From a virus (Duplodnaviria > Heunggongvirae > Uroviricota > Caudoviricetes): DNA of 10,301 nucleotides. The notes below the pieces were generated by a model that was not told the origin of the DNA, ran no database searches, and saw nothing but the letters and a program-made list of their open reading frames with translations. The translations under genes and the position numbers were made by a program. The stretch's first letter is position 1. The number at the start of each line of letters is the position of its first letter. This document shows, piece after piece, positions 7,221 through 10,301 of the stretch. The stretch is from the IMG/VR virus record IMGVR_UViG_2531839668_000006; one strand, given 5' to 3'.

Positions 7221-7387
7221 TTTGACTTTCTCCGTTTCCTCGTGGTCAATTCAGACAGCAATTCATCTTGTGAATGACATGGATGCCAGCGTTTTCCATC
7301 CTCACCCATGATCCAGCCGTGACCGTAGTGCATTGCCGGGCTTTGCTTTACCAGCAGCGATGCAAATGATGGTTCTTTCGTCAGCAT
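7091..7387 (-). CDS. Possible Fil-like early protein (frame open for 98 aa; 3' portion doubtful, possibly frameshifted)
   Basis: ATG at 7387..7385 lies 8 nt after the CII stop with GAGGTG upstream. N-terminal part (MLTKEPSFASLLVKQSPAMHYGHGWIMGEDGKRWHPC...) looks protein-like; the C-terminal 40 residues are Arg/Cys-rich and overlap the 74-aa ORF. Fil assignment is by position and vague recall. Confidence 0.3.
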   Translation of the reverse strand: MLTKEPSFASLLVKQSPAMHYGHGWIMGEDGKRWHPCHSQDELLSELTTRKRRKSKCMQRKVKWFISFVTEGRVIQYLKMICSVVIRRCRAMAVTFSR

Positions 7388-7394
7388 AAGCACC

Positions 7395-7904
7395 TCACAG
7401 CAAACCGAATGAAGCACCGAGTCCGGTCACGGTATCAACTGCACTCGCCATCGCAGGGTTAGCCTGTAAACGGGCCTGCAATGAAACAGCAGCCAACGCC
7501 ATCAGTCGTGTTACAGAGTTAATGCTGCTGATAGCATCACGACGACCTGCACTGGTTTTTACATCGCCAGATACCGCACCTGCAGCAACACGCCCGATCT
7601 CTGCGGTTGCACTCATGACGTAATGTGGCAGTTTCTCTTTTGCCACCTCATTAATCGGTACACATGGCAGACAATGAATCTGTGCCAGAAAACCATCTAC
7701 CAGCGTTGAATCTTCAGTCAGATCGGTAAGCAGCCAGATTTCTGGTGCGGTTAATAGATGAGGCTGAGCTGGGTTCAGCTTGTTCCGCAGAATCTGCACA
7801 TTCATGCCTGCACGTTCTGCCAGTTGCACCAGATTGTGGCGCAGTGCAAATGCACGACAGGCTTCATCAAAATGTGGATGTTTGGAAACTTGGTAATCAA
7901 ACAT
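7395..7904 (-). CDS. cII: 186 CII-like early regulator (169 aa)
   Basis: Second gene of the early operon, immediately after the Apl-like gene. Length from the ATG at 7904 matches the 169 aa of 186 CII as I recall it. The ORF-track start at 7910 is a TTG; AGAGG lies 8 nt upstream of the ATG. Confidence 0.7.
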   Translation of the reverse strand: MFDYQVSKHPHFDEACRAFALRHNLVQLAERAGMNVQILRNKLNPAQPHLLTAPEIWLLTDLTEDSTLVDGFLAQIHCLPCVPINEVAKEKLPHYVMSATAEIGRVAAGAVSGDVKTSAGRRDAISSINSVTRLMALAAVSLQARLQANPAMASAVDTVTGLGASFGLL

Positions 7905-7936
7905 GGTCAATGCCTCTGATGTATTTCAGAATCGAA

Positions 7937-8158
7937 CTAATTAAGGTTTAGATTGCATTCTGAAAGCGCATCAACGGTCATGGCTGCTATGTTGATCATC
8001 ACTTTTTCGCGTTTTTTATCTTTGCGCAAACGGTGACGGATAAGGCGTCCGTCAGCCAACATGTCATTGATGGTATCGATGGACAGCCCTGTCAGCTCGC
8101 TATAGCGCTCAATAGTCACATGAGGCGTGGTAAGAGTGATTGAAATGTTAGGTCTCAT
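7937..8158 (-). CDS. apl: Apl/Cox-like small HTH regulator/excisionase (73 aa)
   Basis: First gene of the leftward operon, divergent from cI. HTH-like segment [25 protein letters not shown] followed by a basic tail. Size and position match Apl (186) / Cox (P2). Confidence 0.65.
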   Translation of the reverse strand: MRPNISITLTTPHVTIERYSELTGLSIDTINDMLADGRLIRHRLRKDKKREKVMINIAAMTVDALSECNLNLN

Positions 8159-8283
8159 GATGCAACATTCCTCGTTTAATGATGATTAATCAGGACGAAT
8201 ACGGATCGTTTGTACTTTGTGAACACCATAAACATACGATCGCAAAATGAAATCGTCAAGATAAAAGTTCACTTGGAGTGACC
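8159..8283. promoter_or_regulatory. Lysis-lysogeny switch region between apl and cI with candidate pR and operator-like inverted repeats
   Basis: Candidate - strand promoter: -35 TTGACG (reverse complement of 8254..8259), 17 bp, -10 TATGTT (reverse complement of 8231..8236). Inverted repeat GATCGTTTGT (8204..8213) / ACATACGATC (8232..8241), one mismatch, overlaps that -10. A second repeat TTAAT-N4-ATTAA lies at 8176..8189. No convincing rightward promoter for cI found. Confidence 0.45.
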
Positions 8284-8853
8284 ATGAATTTGGAGAAAGG
8301 CGGACGAGGCGCTATAGAGCGCATGGTAGAAGCTTATGGATTCAAAACTCGACAGGCGTTGTGCGATCATTTAGGAATCTCTAAAAGTACACTCGCCACA
8401 CGCTACATGCGTGACTCATTCCCAGCAGAATGGGTAATCCAGTGCGCCCTTGAAACGGGCACCTCGCTTAATTGGCTCACAACCGGACATGGTTCAAAGC
8501 AAACTTCAGGTAATACAAATACTATGGAAGTTGCTAAATATGTATTATCTGATGGTGCCTTGCGTGAAGACGGTTTTTATATTTTTGATAAGGGATTTCT
8601 ACCCTCTACGTTTAAAAAACCTTTTGTCATCACAGATAACAATTCTGAATTTATTTGTGATAAAGAATTTGATGATATACGTGATGGTAAATGGGTAATA
8701 AGTATTGATGGCGAAGTAACGATCCGTGACATTACTCGTTTACCCGGTGGAAGAATCTTCGTCGAGGGTGGAAACAGAGCCTTCGAATGTAAGATAGAAG
8801 ACATTGAAATAATTGGTAAAATTATAAGTTTAACAGTCAAGTATGTTAAATAG
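8284..8853 (+). CDS. cI: 186-type CI repressor (189 aa)
   Basis: N-terminal HTH region (AYGFKTRQALCDHLGISKSTLATRYMRDSFPAEWVIQCALETGTSLNWLTTG) matches the 186 CI-type repressor pattern as recalled. Length matches 186 CI (about 192 aa). GGAG lies 5 nt upstream of the ATG at 8284; the ORF-track start at 8278 is a GTG. Confidence 0.8.
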   Translation: MNLEKGGRGAIERMVEAYGFKTRQALCDHLGISKSTLATRYMRDSFPAEWVIQCALETGTSLNWLTTGHGSKQTSGNTNTMEVAKYVLSDGALREDGFYIFDKGFLPSTFKKPFVITDNNSEFICDKEFDDIRDGKWVISIDGEVTIRDITRLPGGRIFVEGGNRAFECKIEDIEIIGKIISLTVKYVK

Positions 8854-8868
8854 CACCGGGAGGAAACT

Positions 8869-9060
8869 ATGCTTGGTAAGGTATTTTTTGTGGTTTTGTC
8901 ATGTTCTTTGTTATTAAACCCACTAACTACCTATGCTAGAAATTATCCCTGCTCAGGGAAAAAGGGAGGTGTTTCTCACTGTACCTCAGATGGCAAATTC
9001 GTTTGCAATGATGGAACTATTAGTAAATCCAAAAAAATCTGTACTAAAAACTCACGATAA
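8869..9060 (+). CDS. Small secreted Cys-rich protein (63 aa) between cI and int
   Basis: Strong GGGAGG with 5 nt spacing before the ATG at 8869. N-terminal hydrophobic signal-like segment ([22 protein letters not shown]), then a Lys/Gly/Ser-rich region with four cysteines. AT-rich. Confidence 0.55.
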   Translation: MLGKVFFVVLSCSLLLNPLTTYARNYPCSGKKGGVSHCTSDGKFVCNDGTISKSKKICTKNSR

Positions 9061-9195
9061 CTTTTGCTTTTATATCTGCGTCTAAAATAAAAATGAGCCG
9101 CAGGTTAACCGCAAAAGTTACATGCTCACATAGCAAAAAGAATAGCCAACTTCATTATGGCTTCAGTGAGATGTATGGTCGTAGGATTTCATACA

Positions 9196-9224
9196 TTGAC
9201 ACTGGTTATACATACAGTAAAAAT
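9196..9224 (+). promoter_or_regulatory. Candidate int-proximal sigma70 promoter (-35 TTGACA, -10 TAAAAA)
   Basis: Perfect TTGACA at 9196..9201, 16-17 bp spacer, then TAAAAA/AAAAAT at 9218..9224, about 25 nt upstream of the int ATG and its GGAGGG at 9235..9240. Confidence 0.3.
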
Positions 9225-9248
9225 GCTCTCTACTGGAGGGCATTTTTT

Positions 9249-10301
9249 ATGGCAGTACGAAAACTCACCACAGGGAAATGGCTTTGCGAATGTTACCCCG
9301 CCGGACGAAGTGGGCGTCGTGTGCGTAAACAATTCGCCACCAAAGGCGAAGCTCTGGCTTTTGAGCGTCACACTATGGAAGAAACCGAATCAAAGCCATG
9401 GCTGGGCGAATCAGTGGATCGTCGAACCCTGAAAGACGTGGTTGAGCTATGGTTCAAACTACATGGTAAATCTCTGACTGCTGGGCAGCATGTCTATGAC
9501 AAATTGCTGCTGATGGTTGACGCTCTGGGCAATCCTCTTGCAACCGATCTCACCTCTAAAATGTTTGCCCACTATCGAGATAAACGCCTGACAGGCGAGA
9601 TCTACTTCAGCGAGAAATGGAAGAAAGGAGCAAGCCCGGTCACCATTAACCTGGAGCAAAGCTATCTAAGTAGTGTTTTTAGCGAACTATCCCGTCTGGG
9701 CGAATGGTCGTATCCGAACCCACTGGAGAACATGCGAAAATTCACCATCGCAGAAAAAGAGATGGCATGGCTTACCCATGAGCAGATTGTTGAATTACTG
9801 GCTGATTGCAAACGTCAGGACCCAATTCTAGCACTGGTAGTTAAGATATGCTTAAGCACAGGCGCACGCTGGCGAGAAGCCGTAAATCTTACTCGTTCAC
9901 AGGTGACCAAATACCGAATTACCTTTGTAAGAACGAAGGGGAAGAAAAACAGAAGTATCCCTATCAGTAAAGAGCTTTACGAAGAGATCATGGCGCTTGA
10001 TGGGTTCAATTTCTTCACAGACTGCTATTTTCAATTTTTATCCGTGATGGAAAAAACGTCTATCGTGCTCCCTCGCGGTCAACTCACACACGTTCTGCGC
10101 CATACGTTTGCGGCGCACTTCATGATGTCGGGTGGAAACATTCTGGCCTTACAAAAAATTCTCGGACACCACGATATAAAAATGACTATGCGTTACGCAC
10201 ATCTGGCACCGGATCATCTGGAAACGGCGCTCCGTTTCAATCCTCTGGCAACGCTGCCAAGTGGCGACAAAGTGGCGGCAGCGGTTGGCATTACCCCGTA
10301 A
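9249..10301 (+). CDS. int: P2-family tyrosine integrase (350 aa from internal start)
   Basis: C-terminal catalytic region (CLSTGARWREA, RITFVRTKGKKNRSIPIS, HVLRHTFAAHFMMSGGNILALQKILGHHDIKMTMRYAHLAP) closely resembles P2 Int as recalled. The ATG at 9249 has GGAGGG 8 nt upstream and begins MAVRKLTTGKW, like P2 Int MAIKKLDDGRY. The ORF from 9093 is a probable over-extension. The TAA stop is the last codon of the window. Confidence 0.9.
   Translation: MAVRKLTTGKWLCECYPAGRSGRRVRKQFATKGEALAFERHTMEETESKPWLGESVDRRTLKDVVELWFKLHGKSLTAGQHVYDKLLLMVDALGNPLATDLTSKMFAHYRDKRLTGEIYFSEKWKKGASPVTINLEQSYLSSVFSELSRLGEWSYPNPLENMRKFTIAEKEMAWLTHEQIVELLADCKRQDPILALVVKICLSTGARWREAVNLTRSQVTKYRITFVRTKGKKNRSIPISKELYEEIMALDGFNFFTDCYFQFLSVMEKTSIVLPRGQLTHVLRHTFAAHFMMSGGNILALQKILGHHDIKMTMRYAHLAPDHLETALRFNPLATLPSGDKVAAAVGITP

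Larger units (their letters stand above)
1..10301. mobile_element. Partial P2/186-family temperate prophage: integrase/repressor end, early replication operon, SOS operon, cos-like site and flanking cargo
   Basis: Gene content and order match the P2/186 early region: P2-like integrase, 186-type CI, divergent Apl/CII operon ending in an A-type rolling-circle initiator, a LexA-box operon with a DinI homologue, then a GC-rich cos-like motif. Element continues past both window edges. Confidence 0.85.

Noticed and set aside
7745-7951. 68-aa + strand ORF
   Set aside because: Antisense to the CII-like gene and the apl 3' end; no start context.
8450-8840. ORFs inside cI (+ 8450..8698, - 8577..8840)
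   Set aside because: Alternative-frame or antisense ORFs in the AT-rich C-terminal part of cI; Ile/Leu/Ser-rich low-complexity translations.
9093-9248. N-terminal extension of the integrase ORF (start at 9093) and internal ORFs 9157..9432 (+), 9189..9371 (-), 9459..9659 (-)
   Set aside because: P2-type integrases are about 340-350 aa. The ATG at 9249 has a GGAGGG ribosome-binding site and a P2-Int-like N-terminus; the extension would read through the putative promoter and has no homology signal.
1-10301. CRISPR arrays, tRNA/rRNA genes, IS elements with terminal inverted repeats
   Set aside because: No spacer-interspersed direct repeats, no tRNA-like cloverleaf candidates and no transposase-like ORF were seen on reading the window.

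Overview
This window looks like the lysogeny-control and early-replication end of a P2/186-family temperate prophage in an enterobacterial host; it runs off both edges. The + strand carries a 186-type CI repressor, a small secreted Cys-rich ORF and a P2-type tyrosine integrase ending at 10301. The - strand carries a tightly coupled early operon (Apl/Cox-like, CII-like, a possibly disrupted Fil-like ORF, small ORFs, TraR/DksA zinc finger, Dam-type methyltransferase, rolling-circle initiator A). Downstream are a LexA-box-controlled operon (62-aa ORF plus DinI homologue), a lipoprotein gene, a GC-rich motif resembling the P2/186 cos core, and a strongly AT-rich two-gene cassette at 214..1095. That cassette (a GNAT-fold protein and an unassigned partner in the same frame, split by one stop codon) is the best candidate for an undescribed accessory or anti-phage module; the lipoprotein and the secreted ORF are secondary cargo candidates. 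All calls come from reading the sequence and remembered family motifs; no searches were run, and no rRNA, tRNA or CRISPR array was seen.
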